Assembly (NCBI GenBank): GCA_016188915.1
Contig: JACPGU010000002.1
Location: 158,346 to 222,345, forward strand
From: Candidatus Microgenomates bacterium
GTDB taxonomy: Bacteria > Patescibacteriota > JACPGU01
DNA length: 64,000 nucleotides
Direction of reading: 5' to 3'
Shown: one piece after another, positions 1 to 10,615 of the stretch
Numbering within the stretch: position 1 is the first letter of the stretch
Layout of the letters: every line of letters starts with the position of its first letter
Notes under the pieces: generated by a model
Told to the model about the DNA's origin: nothing
What the model saw: the letters and a program-made list of their open reading frames with translations, nothing else
The model's database searches: none
Program-made: the position numbers and the translations under genes

Positions 1-1018
1 GGGTGACAGGGTCTAATGACCCTTTTATCTGGGGCATTGATGATACTTGAACGTCTATGGACGCATTCAATCTTTTTATACTGGGTAAAAAATATGAATA
101 GCCGATAAGCATCGCCACCTTTCCTTCGGCAAAGGCTTTGATGGGGTCTCCCATGTCTTTGTTCCAGCTATAGCTGGATTTGGCCGGATCGGCAAAATTG
201 GCGTAAAATTCCAAAGCTTCGGTGCCGGGATAGCGAGGGATGCCTTCGGCATCTTTGCGAAATTGGTTAAAATCGTAAGAATTTCTGTCACCGGAAACAA
301 TGGGAGTGCTATTTTGTAGCATTATTGCTAGCAAGACATCACCGGCGCGACCTACATTACCTGCTGTGCCCAGAGCAATGCCCGCTGTCTCTATTTTGGT
401 TGGATCGCCAATGGCTTTTTTGGTTAATATTTTATTGTAAGACAAGACATCTTCCCAGGTAGTTGGTGGCACAGAAATCTCGGCCTTTTTAAATAATTCT
501 TTATTATAAATCAGGGCGAGATTGTCAGTAGCGAAAGGTAGCGCGTAAATTTTATTGTTATCTACGAAATCAGTGTAGGCAGAAGGCGTAATCGTGGCGG
601 CATAATCTTCTAGAGAAATTATATTTTCTGGAGCGGGAGACAATTTATTTTTATGTTTGGGTAGCCAGTCGTTGTGGATTAGGAAAATATCCGGTCCTTG
701 GTCGGAAGCAATAGCATCCACCAATGAAGTTTCGTAATCAGCATAATCTTTTTTGCTGTAAATTATTTCTACGTTGGGATATTTGTAATTAAAAGAATCT
801 ATCAGGGGCTGGATTACTGTTGAGTCATCAAAGAGTCCCCACATCGTCAGCGTAATTTTTTCGTTTTGGTCAAAGCTCCCATCGTCACTGTTCTCATCCC
901 CATTGCCATTCTTTGGAGATTGTTCAGGAGGCTTACCAGAGAAAGCAACAATTAAAACTATCGCCAAAATAATGACGATTAATATTCCTCCGCCGATGAA
1001 CAGTATTTTTTTATTCAT
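1..1018 (-). CDS. Extracellular solute-binding protein (ABC sugar-binding family), runs off left edge
   Basis: Manual translation from ATG 1018: MNKKILFIGGGILIVII (TM anchor)...TLTMWGLFDD...GPDIFLIHNDW...AFAEGKVAMLIGY; open to position 1; absent from ORF track because partial. Confidence 0.8.
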   Translation of the reverse strand, partial: MNKKILFIGGGILIVIILAIVLIVAFSGKPPEQSPKNGNGDENSDDGSFDQNEKITLTMWGLFDDSTVIQPLIDSFNYKYPNVEIIYSKKDYADYETSLVDAIASDQGPDIFLIHNDWLPKHKNKLSPAPENIISLEDYAATITPSAYTDFVDNNKIYALPFATDNLALIYNKELFKKAEISVPPTTWEDVLSYNKILTKKAIGDPTKIETAGIALGTAGNVGRAGDVLLAIMLQNSTPIVSGDRNSYDFNQFRKDAEGIPRYPGTEALEFYANFADPAKSSYSWNKDMGDPIKAFAEGKVAMLIGYSYFLPSIKRLNASIDVQVSSMPQIKGSLDPVT

Positions 1019-1030
1019 CTATTTTTGTTT

Positions 1031-1450
1031 TTAGTCTGTGTCTATCTTCAGGGAACGACCACGTTCTTTGTTGGCTTTTGGCACATGAATAGTCAAAACA
1101 CCATCTTTGAGGCTAGCTCTGGCTTTTTCTGAGATAACTTGAACGGGCAAAGACTCTACGCGAGAGAAAGAACCCCAGTAACATTCATGGACGAAAAAAT
1201 TGTCTTTTTCTTCTTTGGATTCTCTTTCTCTTTTGCCGCGAACAGTAATAGAGTCATCGGTCACCACAACGTCCAAATCTTCTTTTTTTACACCGGCAAT
1301 GGGCGCCTTAATGACCAGATCTGTGGCGGTTTGATACATATCAATAGACAGCTGTCCCCCACCGAAATCTTCGTCCCAGCCGTCTCCGGCGATGATCTCG
1401 GTGTTGTCATCATCGTCGGAAAAAAATTTTTCTATCTCTGTTTTTGACAT
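1031..1450 (-). CDS. Hsp20/alpha-crystallin small heat shock protein
   Basis: IDMYQT..LVIKAPIAGV..ECYWGSFSR..A.LKDGVLTIHVPK. Confidence 0.93.
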   Translation of the reverse strand: MSKTEIEKFFSDDDDNTEIIAGDGWDEDFGGGQLSIDMYQTATDLVIKAPIAGVKKEDLDVVVTDDSITVRGKRERESKEEKDNFFVHECYWGSFSRVESLPVQVISEKARASLKDGVLTIHVPKANKERGRSLKIDTD

Positions 1451-1646
1451 ATCCCCTCCTTGGTTTAGTTAGAAAGTTGATAACTAAAAAAATCTTTTGT
1501 TACTTTAATTATAGACGGGGATGGATTATTCGTAAAGAGATATTTTATTCTAATTTTATTATAATATCTCGAGATTAGACTTTGTTTTTGACGAAAGAGA
1601 CAAATTACAGGCTAAAAGTCTGCTTTTTTTGTAGTATAATAGAGTT

Positions 1647-4600
1647 ATGAAAAAAATACTTTCTTTTCTTATTGCCTTGGTTTTTTTGACTACTTTTTTG
1701 CCTCGTCCGTCTGTGGCTATAGAAAAAGATTTTTTGAAAAACCAAAAAGAAATATCCGGCTCTATTAAAATAGAGCAAACCAGATATCAATCGGAGATTG
1801 TGATTTTGGATTGGGATTTTTCAGGAATCGCTTCTTCTTGGTCCAAGGGCTTCGACGGTGCCGAGATAAATTTTGGCTTGGGGCAGGAAAAAATAGAACG
1901 TTTTATTTCTCCGAAGGCGCTAACCGACGATTTACCAGATCGTTCTGGTCGGCACGATGAAGAAACTTTGGGTGAAATTTTGACGATTCAAAGCGCGCGT
2001 CTTTTTCAGTATAGCCTTTCTTTTTCTAATGATGATATTGGTAAAACATTTTCTTTCCGTTTTGTTTTATTTGATACATTTGGTCCCTCGGCACAAATAG
2101 CGGCTCTCAGCACAGACAATTCTGGTCTCGGTCCTAATATTGTCTCTCGTCAAAATTGGGGAGCCAATGAATCTTATCGGACCTGGGGACCAGAATACGC
2201 GGAGGTCAAAGCCATTGTTATTCATCATACGGCTGGCGAAGAAAAAGCGGCGTTGACGGATCAAGCAGAAGCAGTACGTAATCTTTATTATGGCCATGCC
2301 GTCAGTTATGGTTGGGGCGATGTTGGTTATAATTATATTATAGATATCAATGGCTTAATCTATGAGGGTCGCTATGGTGGCAATAGCGTAGTGGGCGGTC
2401 ATACCTTAGGCTACAATCCCGGTACCATTGGTATCGCCTTAATCGGTGATTATGGTGCACGTAATATAACAGAGGCCCAAACAGGAGCTTTGGCTGACCT
2501 GATCGCTTATTTATCTTTCAAAAATTTTCTTTCACCCGATAGCAAAACTACTCTAAAAGACAAAAATATTAATACGGTGGTAGGACACCAAGATCTTAAC
2601 GCTACTAGCTGCCCGGGTAGTAACGTTTATTCTCAAGTCGGCAGTATCGCTACTCTGTCAGCGGAAAGATTAAAAAATTATCCGGAGCGTTCATACAGAG
2701 GGGAAATAGTTTCTTTTGATCCCAAGATAAATATTTATGGCGGCGATATAGCCAAATTGCATTTGACGGTGAAGAATACTGGCAATGCGACTTGGCTATC
2801 AGAGGGAAATCGCAGATTGAAATTGCAACTATCAAGTAGCAGTTTTTCTGGTGGTCTGGTATCTTTTGGCAAAAGCATAGAGCCTGGGCAGACGGCTACT
2901 TTATCAGCTGATATTTGGGCGCCCTTTGCTAATCAGGCTGCTGATGCTGCCTTTGATTTGATTCAAGACGATCAAATAATTCCTGGTGTTCACGCGGAAT
3001 TTTCTGCCATTATTACAACCCCGTCTTATCGCGCTAAAATTATTGCCAAAAAAGAAAACCAAAACATTCAGCCAGGACAGAGCGTTGTCCTGTGGGCTGA
3101 GATAAAAAATATGGGGATTAATACTTGGAATGGATCGGAAAATTTACGTCTTGTGACCAAGGATGGAGGTAGTAGTGTTTTTTATGCCAGTGGCGATTGG
3201 ACTAATAATAATTCGCCTGGAGGACTAGACCAAACAGGAGTCGCTACCGGACAGGTGGGTAAAATTAGCTTTACGGCGACAGCGCCAGTTTCTCCTGGTC
3301 AGTATAAGGAATGGTTTCGGCTTGTTTCTGATAAAAATTTTGAAGGGATAGATAATCAAATAACAGATTTTCTTTTGGTGGTAGGCGATCAAACAGGACC
3401 CCTATCTTCTCCTGAGCCAAAAATATACAGCAAACAAATTAACGATTATCACTACGAAATAATCAGTCGTTCTGATGCCAATCAGACGCTGCTTTTGGGA
3501 GAAACAAGGACCTTGTCTTTGGAATTGAAAAATACGGGCAACAGTATTTGGTATAGCGATGTTGTGAGACTGGGGACAGTAGCTCCCTATGATCGGCCAA
3601 GTATTTTTGCCGATAGTAGTTGGAGCGGTAAAAATAGAATAGAGCCTACTCTTTACAAAATAGCCCCTGGCAAAACGGCTGTCTGGTCTTTTACTATTAC
3701 CGCTCCGCAAAATAAAGGAGCATGGACAGAAAAAATGGCTCTGGTGGTTGATGGTGTAGGTTGGACTAACGGTGAAATAGTCTGGAATATTACTGTTGCT
3801 CCGCCAACCCATAGCGCTTCTTTGGTTGAGCAAAGCCCCTATATCAAAACTTCTCAAAAAGTAAACGCTCGTCTTGTCGTTAAATTGAAGAACACAGGCA
3901 ACATCACTTGGCAAAAAAATATAGTAAGACTAGGCACCACGGGACCTTATGACCGGCCAAGTATTTTTGCCGATAGTAGCTGGAAGTCGTTCAATCGATT
4001 GGAATTCTTGGAAAGCTCCGTTTCCCCTGGCGGAGTGGCTACTTTTATCATAAATCTTAATACGGACACAGCCCAAGGGATCTTCAGAGAATCTTTTGGC
4101 TTGGTTGCTGATGGAATAGGCTGGTTTGATAACATCGGGTTGTTTTGGTTGGTGGATATCTCCCCGCCCTTTGATGATTTTTCCTATGTCGCGCAAAGTC
4201 CTTTTGTGATGATGTCTTCTGGCGAGACGGCTTCTCTGTGGCTAGAAATCAAAAATACCGGAACGACCACTTGGCAGAAAAATTCTGCCGATTCCGTGCG
4301 TTTGGCTACTACCAGCCCGCGCGATAGAAAGAGTATCTTTTTGTCTAGCAATAGGATCGCCCTTGATAGAGATCGGGTAGTTCCTGGAGAGACTGTCCGT
4401 TTTTCTTTTTCTATTACGGCGCCCGATCAATCAGGTGTCTTCAAGGAATATTTCAGCCCAGTCCATGATGGCGTGGGTTGGCTAAAAGATATTGGTATTT
4501 ATTGGGAAATAAAAGTAGAAAAAGCCCCCCCTCCTTTAGTGACCGAAGGAAAAACGATACAAATATCAGGAACTGACAAATTCGTAGTAGTAGACGGGGT

Positions 4601-5444
4601 AACCCTGAAAACTATTGCCTATGGTGGAAAGAATGATTTGGCTACTGTCAGTTTTACCGATAATATCTACCAGATGTCTTTGAAGGGCTCTAGCTTCTCT
4701 TCCTCTAATTTTTTGCGCTTTGTTCCCCAGGCAACTGGTACTATTTTGTCTTTACCCTCTTATGCCGATCGTCCAGCTTGGAATCCAACCATTAACGACA
4801 ATGCTTTCAAGGGAGTTTTGGAAATTCGCTATACTCCAGTTACCAAAAAACTTTGGGCTATTAATGAATTGTTTATTGAAGATTATTTATCGGGGGTTTC
4901 GGAGCCGCTGGATAGTTTTGATCCGGAATATTTGAAAGTAGCTACTGTCGCGGAAAGGAGCTATGTCTATCATCATTTGCAAAATGGTGGCAAACATCCT
5001 GACGAGTTTTTGACTTTAAAAAATAGCCGCAATGGCAACGGCGATGATCAGATTTATGCTGGCTATAATTTTTCTTTGCGCGCCCCCAATATAGGCAAGG
5101 CGGTTGTCGCCACCAAAGGAGAAGTCGTTGCCTATAATGATCGGCCAGTAATTACTCCATATTTCTCACAAAGCGACGGAAGGACACGATCTGCCAGTGA
5201 AGTTTGGGGTTGGGATCAAGCGAAATATCCTTGGTTGGTAGGTAAAGACGATTCGTCTTGCAAGGGAGGACAACTTTTAGGACATGGCGTGGGAATGTCT
5301 GGTTGTGGTGCCAGGGGCAAGGTGGCTAGCGGAGAAAAGTATCAAAATGTTTTGAATTATTATTATTCCGGTACGGCCATCAAAAAAATAGATGAGACCA
5401 ATCTCAATGTAAAAATAGGTATTTATGCCATTAATTTGCCTTAA
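1647..5444 (+). CDS. Secreted multidomain peptidoglycan hydrolase: Amidase_2 (PGRP-like) + 5 Ig-like repeats + SpoIID/LytB domain
   Basis: Signal peptide; IVIHHTA, WGDVGYNY, GGHT, VGHQD..TSCPG amidase motifs; KNTG..W repeats; C-terminal IEDYLSGVSE and GHGVGMSGCGA..LNYYY. Confidence 0.85.
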   Translation: MKKILSFLIALVFLTTFLPRPSVAIEKDFLKNQKEISGSIKIEQTRYQSEIVILDWDFSGIASSWSKGFDGAEINFGLGQEKIERFISPKALTDDLPDRSGRHDEETLGEILTIQSARLFQYSLSFSNDDIGKTFSFRFVLFDTFGPSAQIAALSTDNSGLGPNIVSRQNWGANESYRTWGPEYAEVKAIVIHHTAGEEKAALTDQAEAVRNLYYGHAVSYGWGDVGYNYIIDINGLIYEGRYGGNSVVGGHTLGYNPGTIGIALIGDYGARNITEAQTGALADLIAYLSFKNFLSPDSKTTLKDKNINTVVGHQDLNATSCPGSNVYSQVGSIATLSAERLKNYPERSYRGEIVSFDPKINIYGGDIAKLHLTVKNTGNATWLSEGNRRLKLQLSSSSFSGGLVSFGKSIEPGQTATLSADIWAPFANQAADAAFDLIQDDQIIPGVHAEFSAIITTPSYRAKIIAKKENQNIQPGQSVVLWAEIKNMGINTWNGSENLRLVTKDGGSSVFYASGDWTNNNSPGGLDQTGVATGQVGKISFTATAPVSPGQYKEWFRLVSDKNFEGIDNQITDFLLVVGDQTGPLSSPEPKIYSKQINDYHYEIISRSDANQTLLLGETRTLSLELKNTGNSIWYSDVVRLGTVAPYDRPSIFADSSWSGKNRIEPTLYKIAPGKTAVWSFTITAPQNKGAWTEKMALVVDGVGWTNGEIVWNITVAPPTHSASLVEQSPYIKTSQKVNARLVVKLKNTGNITWQKNIVRLGTTGPYDRPSIFADSSWKSFNRLEFLESSVSPGGVATFIINLNTDTAQGIFRESFGLVADGIGWFDNIGLFWLVDISPPFDDFSYVAQSPFVMMSSGETASLWLEIKNTGTTTWQKNSADSVRLATTSPRDRKSIFLSSNRIALDRDRVVPGETVRFSFSITAPDQSGVFKEYFSPVHDGVGWLKDIGIYWEIKVEKAPPPLVTEGKTIQISGTDKFVVVDGVTLKTIAYGGKNDLATVSFTDNIYQMSLKGSSFSSSNFLRFVPQATGTILSLPSYADRPAWNPTINDNAFKGVLEIRYTPVTKKLWAINELFIEDYLSGVSEPLDSFDPEYLKVATVAERSYVYHHLQNGGKHPDEFLTLKNSRNGNGDDQIYAGYNFSLRAPNIGKAVVATKGEVVAYNDRPVITPYFSQSDGRTRSASEVWGWDQAKYPWLVGKDDSSCKGGQLLGHGVGMSGCGARGKVASGEKYQNVLNYYYSGTAIKKIDETNLNVKIGIYAINLP

Positions 5445-6130
5445 TGGATTTTGTAAAAAGTTTTTTTCTGGATTTATTGTTCCCGCGCCTTTGTTTTGGT
5501 TGTGGCAAAGAAGGGCGCTGGATTTGCTCTCTTTGTTTGCCTAAGGTCAACTGGATAAAATTTCCTTTTTGCCCTAATTGTCGCAAGCTAACAATAAAGG
5601 GTGAATATTGCCAGAGTTGCGCTGGAAAATTTTTTCTTTCCGGTATGATTGTTTGCGCTCGCTACGACGATGCTGTTATCAAGAAAGCCATTCATCATTT
5701 TAAATATGAACATTTTTTTGATATTGGCAGAATTTTGGGTAAAATTTTGGCCGAACGTCTCGCGACAGAAAAAAATAAAGAAGGTTTTTTGATTATACCG
5801 GTGCCATTGCATAATCTAAAAAAAGCGCAAAGAGGCTTTAATCAGGCAGAGATTTTGGCTAAAGTGGTTGCTCTTTCTTCTGACAGACCATATTTGTCGA
5901 ATATTTTGGTGCGTCAAAAATATCGCCGACCACAAATGGAATTGTCCCGCGAAAAAAGACTAGAAAATTTGAAAGGTAGTTTTTGTTGGTTGGGCGGAGA
6001 TCTGAAAAGGGCGGAAGTCATTCTAGTAGATGACGTGGCGACTACGGGAGCGACGCTGGAGGAATGCGCCAAAGTCTTGAAAAAATCTGGCGCCGGAGAG
6101 GTCTGGGGGCTGGTTTTGGCGCATGGCTAG
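5444..6130 (+). CDS. comF: ComF family competence protein (zinc ribbon + PRTase-like)
   Basis: CxxC pairs, PVPLH, RGFNQAE, ILVDDVATTGATL. Confidence 0.92.
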   Translation: MDFVKSFFLDLLFPRLCFGCGKEGRWICSLCLPKVNWIKFPFCPNCRKLTIKGEYCQSCAGKFFLSGMIVCARYDDAVIKKAIHHFKYEHFFDIGRILGKILAERLATEKNKEGFLIIPVPLHNLKKAQRGFNQAEILAKVVALSSDRPYLSNILVRQKYRRPQMELSREKRLENLKGSFCWLGGDLKRAEVILVDDVATTGATLEECAKVLKKSGAGEVWGLVLAHG

Positions 6131-6139
6131 AAACTTCCG

Positions 6140-8401
6140 CTACAGCACAATTATTTTCCAGTATACTCCCCAATCCTCCATCCAAGTAATGCCGTCGGCT
6201 ACAGGGCGGAAATATTCATAGTAGACGCCGATAGTGTTGGGTGCTTTGGCGGTAAAAGTGAATCGGCCGATTTCGCCCGGGGCAACGCTATCCTGCTCTA
6301 ATTTTACGCGATTATTTCCAAGCCAGCCAGAATTGCCGGTGGTATAAAAAGAACTTTTTCTATCCTGAGGATCGCTCGTTCCCAGCTTTACTATACTATT
6401 GGTCCAGGTAGCCGAGCCGGTATTTTTATATTCTACCCAAAATGTTTTAACACTATTGCGGTCAATGATAGGATAAGGACTTTGTCTAATGTATTGGGCG
6501 TGATAAGAAGGCGTGGCGATATTAATTTGCCAGTAGATGCCAATATCTGAAAACCAAGTGATATTTTCAGCGACCAAGGCAAAGTATTCTTTAAAAGAAC
6601 CATAGGAAGAAGGAGCTTCTTTGAGGCTAAATTCAAAATGAGCTAATTCTCCCGGAGCAACCAAGCTCTCCCGCATTTTTATTCTATTGGGAGTAAACCA
6701 GGATGAACTGGCAAAACCGCTCAAACGATCACGCTCTCTGGCGGTGCCTAGATAAACTTTATCTTGTAGCCAATAGGAAGAGCCGGTATTTTTGAAAACC
6801 AATTTCATATCAGCTATTTGCCCAGGAGAAAGATTAACATAGGGGCTTTGTTCTATTATTTCCGCTCGATAAGAATTGGGACTAGGAGAAATACTCAAGC
6901 TGATTGTTTGATTAAATTTCAATTGCTTTGAAGTTTTGTTGCCGGCAGTATCGGTAGCTTCTACCAAAATATTATGCTGCCCAATAGTTGCCGTAGCCAA
7001 TGATTCATTGACGTTGGCGGTTTTTGTGCCGGTAGCAATAGTTTTCCACGCTCCATTGTCTATTTGATAGCGAGCAAGAGAAATATTACTGGTCGGCACA
7101 GTAGTCATTACGACGGTATCTTTATCGTCAATTATCTCGCCAGTTAATTGATTGAGGCCATTACTGTCCTGGACGACGCTGACATTAATGGTGGGAGCGA
7201 TCTTGTCATAAATTAAAGCCCTATAAGCGTCTAATTGGCCATAGCCGTAGTAGGTAGAGTAATAGTTATTATTCATCGCGGATAATTTTTTGGCAGAGAC
7301 AATCAGGCGCTTTTTTAATTGGTCGGGAGAAAGCGAAGAGTCGACAGATAAAATCAGGGCCGCCGCCGCTGTTACTTGCGGAGTAGCAAAGGAAGTGCCG
7401 CGATTATATTGGTAAAGATCGTTACTGTTTTGGCTAGACCAAGCGGTAGAATAAACGGAATCTCCTGGCGCAACCAATGTAGTGCCTTGGCCATAATTGG
7501 AAAAAGAAGCAATCGCGCCGGTGTTGTCTGTCGCGCCCACGCCAATAGCCAAGGGATTACGAGCAGGTGAATCTGGCAAAAGCCATCCCTTATTCCCATT
7601 GGCGGCTACAATTAGTGTTTTTCTGTTATACGCGTAGGATACGGCTGCGTCCAAAATGGCGCTGTCTTCAGGTACACCGAGACTTAGATTGATTACCTTC
7701 GCGCCGTTGTCCACGGCGTAAGTGATGCCTTGGGCGATATCGGAAATCAGACCCTCACCATTTTGCCCCATGGACTTGATAGCCATTATTTTGACCTTGC
7801 TTCCCCCGCTGATACCTATATTATTATTACTGCTAGCGCCAATAATCCCAGAAACAATAGTGCCATGAGAATGGTCGTCCATAGGATCATCATCAAGATT
7901 AACGAAATCATATCCAAATCGGCCATTATTGTCGGTCCACAATCTACTTTGCAAATCTTCGTGCAGGTAATTGATGCCTGTATCAATCACTGCCACAATG
8001 ATATTGTCTGTTCCTTTGTTGATGTCCCAGGCTTTGGTAAAATTTGAGCTAATCCAGTAGTCTTGCAGATTATAATATGGATCATTAGGTATAAAACTCA
8101 AATATGCTGTTTGGTCTTTTTCTTTTGAGATAACATTGGGGTTACTCCTAAGTTTTTTTTCTATTTCCATGCCTCGGTGACGAAAAAAAGATATTTTGTA
8201 GCTATCAAGACTGCCTAATTTTTCTTTTTCTAAAATAGGCAAATCTCGCAATATTTTTTCAGCCGAAAATAAATCTGAAAATTCAATCAAAAGAGATTCT
8301 TTGTCAAAAAGATTTTGATCGGCAAAAACAGGCTGTAGTTCGAAAGACAGCAAAACAAAAAAAACTAGCCAGATCAAATATATTTTTTTTGTTTTAAGCA
8401 T
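6140..8401 (-). CDS. Secreted S8 subtilisin-like serine protease with C-terminal Ig-like repeats
   Basis: Triad VAVIDTG / HSHGTIVSG / GTSFATPQV; two KNTG..W repeats shared with 1647-5444; likely start ATG 8401 just after upstream stop. Confidence 0.9.
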   Translation of the reverse strand: MLKTKKIYLIWLVFFVLLSFELQPVFADQNLFDKESLLIEFSDLFSAEKILRDLPILEKEKLGSLDSYKISFFRHRGMEIEKKLRSNPNVISKEKDQTAYLSFIPNDPYYNLQDYWISSNFTKAWDINKGTDNIIVAVIDTGINYLHEDLQSRLWTDNNGRFGYDFVNLDDDPMDDHSHGTIVSGIIGASSNNNIGISGGSKVKIMAIKSMGQNGEGLISDIAQGITYAVDNGAKVINLSLGVPEDSAILDAAVSYAYNRKTLIVAANGNKGWLLPDSPARNPLAIGVGATDNTGAIASFSNYGQGTTLVAPGDSVYSTAWSSQNSNDLYQYNRGTSFATPQVTAAAALILSVDSSLSPDQLKKRLIVSAKKLSAMNNNYYSTYYGYGQLDAYRALIYDKIAPTINVSVVQDSNGLNQLTGEIIDDKDTVVMTTVPTSNISLARYQIDNGAWKTIATGTKTANVNESLATATIGQHNILVEATDTAGNKTSKQLKFNQTISLSISPSPNSYRAEIIEQSPYVNLSPGQIADMKLVFKNTGSSYWLQDKVYLGTARERDRLSGFASSSWFTPNRIKMRESLVAPGELAHFEFSLKEAPSSYGSFKEYFALVAENITWFSDIGIYWQINIATPSYHAQYIRQSPYPIIDRNSVKTFWVEYKNTGSATWTNSIVKLGTSDPQDRKSSFYTTGNSGWLGNNRVKLEQDSVAPGEIGRFTFTAKAPNTIGVYYEYFRPVADGITWMEDWGVYWKIIVL

Positions 8402-8402
8402 A

Positions 8403-9758
8403 TTAGAGATCAAAAGAATCTTTTTCTTCTGGTATTTCAATAGTCAAGCCCAGCTCTTCCTGAAATCTTTTGCCCAAAGTTTCGGCTGGGATTTGTTCGC
8501 CATGAGTAATAAAAACTTTATGAGGTTTGTGGGTAGTATTACACATAGAGGCTGTCCAATTGAATAATTGATTTTGGTCGCCGTGCGCGCTGTAGCCTTC
8601 AATAGCTCTAATTTCGGCGTTGATAGCTACATCCTCTCCCAAGACCCGGACTTCTTTTTCGCCGTCTTTGATTCTTCTGCCCAAGGTTCCTCTTACTTGA
8701 TAACCGACAAAAAGCATAATCGTAGATGGATCGGAGAGATAATTTCTTTCATGAAAAAGGATTCTTCCGCCAGTGGACATACCAGAGCCAGCGATAACCA
8801 TTTTGGGAGTAGGAACATTCAAAATTTGTTTTGACTCTTCGCTGGTGCGAGACATTGTAAGCCTCGGAAAACGAAAAATATCATCACCGCTTGAAATGAT
8901 ATCTTTTGTCGTTTGATTGAAATACGCCTGATATTTTTTATATATCTCGGTAGCCTTAATGGCCAAAGGGCTATCAATGAAAACAGAAGTATGAGGGATG
9001 CGATTATGCTCCACCAATTCATTAATTTCAAAAAGCAATTCTTGAGTTCTTTCCATGGCAAAAGCCGGGATTAGCAAAACTCCTTTTCTAGTGAAGGTAT
9101 CTTCTATGGCTCTTTCCAGCATCAATTTGCTGTCGGCTTTTTTCTCATGAAGGCGATCTCCGTAAGTGGATTCAGTGACGATATAGTCGGCTATTTTAGG
9201 CGATTCAGTCGCTGCCACAATAGGGGTAGGCGGATTACCTAGGTCGCCAGAAAAAACAATAGATTTACCCTCGCAAGTGATTCGTACAATGGCCGATCCC
9301 AAGATGTGCCCTGCGTCAAAAAATTCCACCATTGCTTCGCCGATAGCAAAGGGTTTGTGATATTCAAAAGTGCGCCAAAGACTAATGGTTTTTTCCAAAT
9401 GTTCTTCTTCCCAGAGCAATGGCGCGCCAGTAGCTTGAAGGTCACTTTTCATGATTTTTAGCTCATCAGCCAAAAAAATATGAGAAAGCTCTTTGGTTGG
9501 TCCGGTAGAGTAAATGGTGCCGTAAAATCCTTCTTTTATTAATTTTGGCACTCGGCCGATATGATCAATGTGCGAATGGGTGATAATGACAGCGTCTACC
9601 TCCGGCACATTATAGGCAAAAGGTTCGTGATTTTTTTTCTCGGCGTCAATATTACCCTGGAAAAGTCCGCAATCTATCATGATTTTTTTCCCGCCCGTCT
9701 CCAAGATGTAATTAGAGCCGGTAACACGTCCCGCGGCTCCAAAAAAAGTAATACGCAT
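8403..9758 (-). CDS. MBL-fold beta-CASP ribonuclease
   Basis: THSHIDHIG, AGHILGS, ESTYG, SAHGD, HGE motifs. Confidence 0.92.
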   Translation of the reverse strand: MRITFFGAAGRVTGSNYILETGGKKIMIDCGLFQGNIDAEKKNHEPFAYNVPEVDAVIITHSHIDHIGRVPKLIKEGFYGTIYSTGPTKELSHIFLADELKIMKSDLQATGAPLLWEEEHLEKTISLWRTFEYHKPFAIGEAMVEFFDAGHILGSAIVRITCEGKSIVFSGDLGNPPTPIVAATESPKIADYIVTESTYGDRLHEKKADSKLMLERAIEDTFTRKGVLLIPAFAMERTQELLFEINELVEHNRIPHTSVFIDSPLAIKATEIYKKYQAYFNQTTKDIISSGDDIFRFPRLTMSRTSEESKQILNVPTPKMVIAGSGMSTGGRILFHERNYLSDPSTIMLFVGYQVRGTLGRRIKDGEKEVRVLGEDVAINAEIRAIEGYSAHGDQNQLFNWTASMCNTTHKPHKVFITHGEQIPAETLGKRFQEELGLTIEIPEEKDSFDL

Positions 9759-9846
9759 AAAATATCTCTATTTTTTGTTGGTGATAAAAAATCCGACTAA
9801 AAAACAGTATATCATAAACGATTTGTTGATATACTGTTTTTTCTAA

Positions 9847-9921
9847 TGGGTCCACTGGGATTTGAACCCAGGACACCTTGCTTAAAAGGCAAGTGCTCTA
9901 ACCGGGCTGAGCTATGGACCC
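9847..9921 (-). tRNA. tRNA-Lys(UUU)
   Basis: GGGTCCA acceptor, anticodon arm CTTGC-CTTTTAA-GCAAG, GGTTCAAATCC T-loop. Confidence 0.95.
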
Positions 9922-9966
9922 AAACTGCTCAAAGATTTTAACATATCCGAGGCTTTTTTTCAAGAT

Positions 9967-10004
9967 AAAACAAAAATCTCCGCTATCCGGAGATTTTTGT
10001 TTTT
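9967..10004. terminator. Intrinsic terminator-like hairpin
   Basis: AAAACAAAAATCTCCG-ctatc-CGGAGATTTTTGTTTT perfect inverted repeat after the 10020 gene. Confidence 0.75.
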
Positions 10005-10019
10005 GTAATTCCGGAATGG

Positions 10020-10547
10020 TTATTCTTCTCCCCCGGATTTTTTAAAGCCTAGAAGCACCATCAAAATTATTGGCAAAACCATCCACCAAATCTGATATTG
10101 AGTGATTTCGTTAATCCAGTGCGATTGAGTGAGGAGATCGGTTCTCTGGGCATCGTTCAAAAAAGAAATAATAGCTGTGATTATCAGTCCGGCGTTTAAA
10201 AAACTATACATAGCGGCAAAAATAATAGAACCAAAACCTTCATGGATAGTAGAAGCTTTTTTCAAAAAATCTCCTTTAACTATCAAAAGCAAGGTAATCA
10301 AAATAAAAATAATGGCCTTAACAATAAAAGGAGAGGTAGTGGCGGTGATAGACAAAGTAGAGCCGATCTGAGTAGTAGTACTACCACCCATAGCAGCGTA
10401 TAAAGCATTGCCACCAATATTGGCGGCCACGAGCCCCATATATGAAGCAATGACACCGACCACAGCTCTCTCTCGTCCCAAGGCCACACCGAAAACCACA
10501 GCTACAATGAAAAAAATAATAACGAAAAGATCCCAACTGGGGGTCAT
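10020..10547 (-). CDS. Membrane protein, CvpA-like
   Basis: 4-5 TM helices, N-terminal WDLFVI..GVALG pattern. Confidence 0.55.
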   Translation of the reverse strand: MTPSWDLFVIIFFIVAVVFGVALGRERAVVGVIASYMGLVAANIGGNALYAAMGGSTTTQIGSTLSITATTSPFIVKAIIFILITLLLIVKGDFLKKASTIHEGFGSIIFAAMYSFLNAGLIITAIISFLNDAQRTDLLTQSHWINEITQYQIWWMVLPIILMVLLGFKKSGGEE

Positions 10548-10615
10548 GATTTTGTTTTTATTTATCTATCTTAAATATACTATCTTTTGTTTTTGTGTCA
10601 AGTTTTTTAAGAGAA

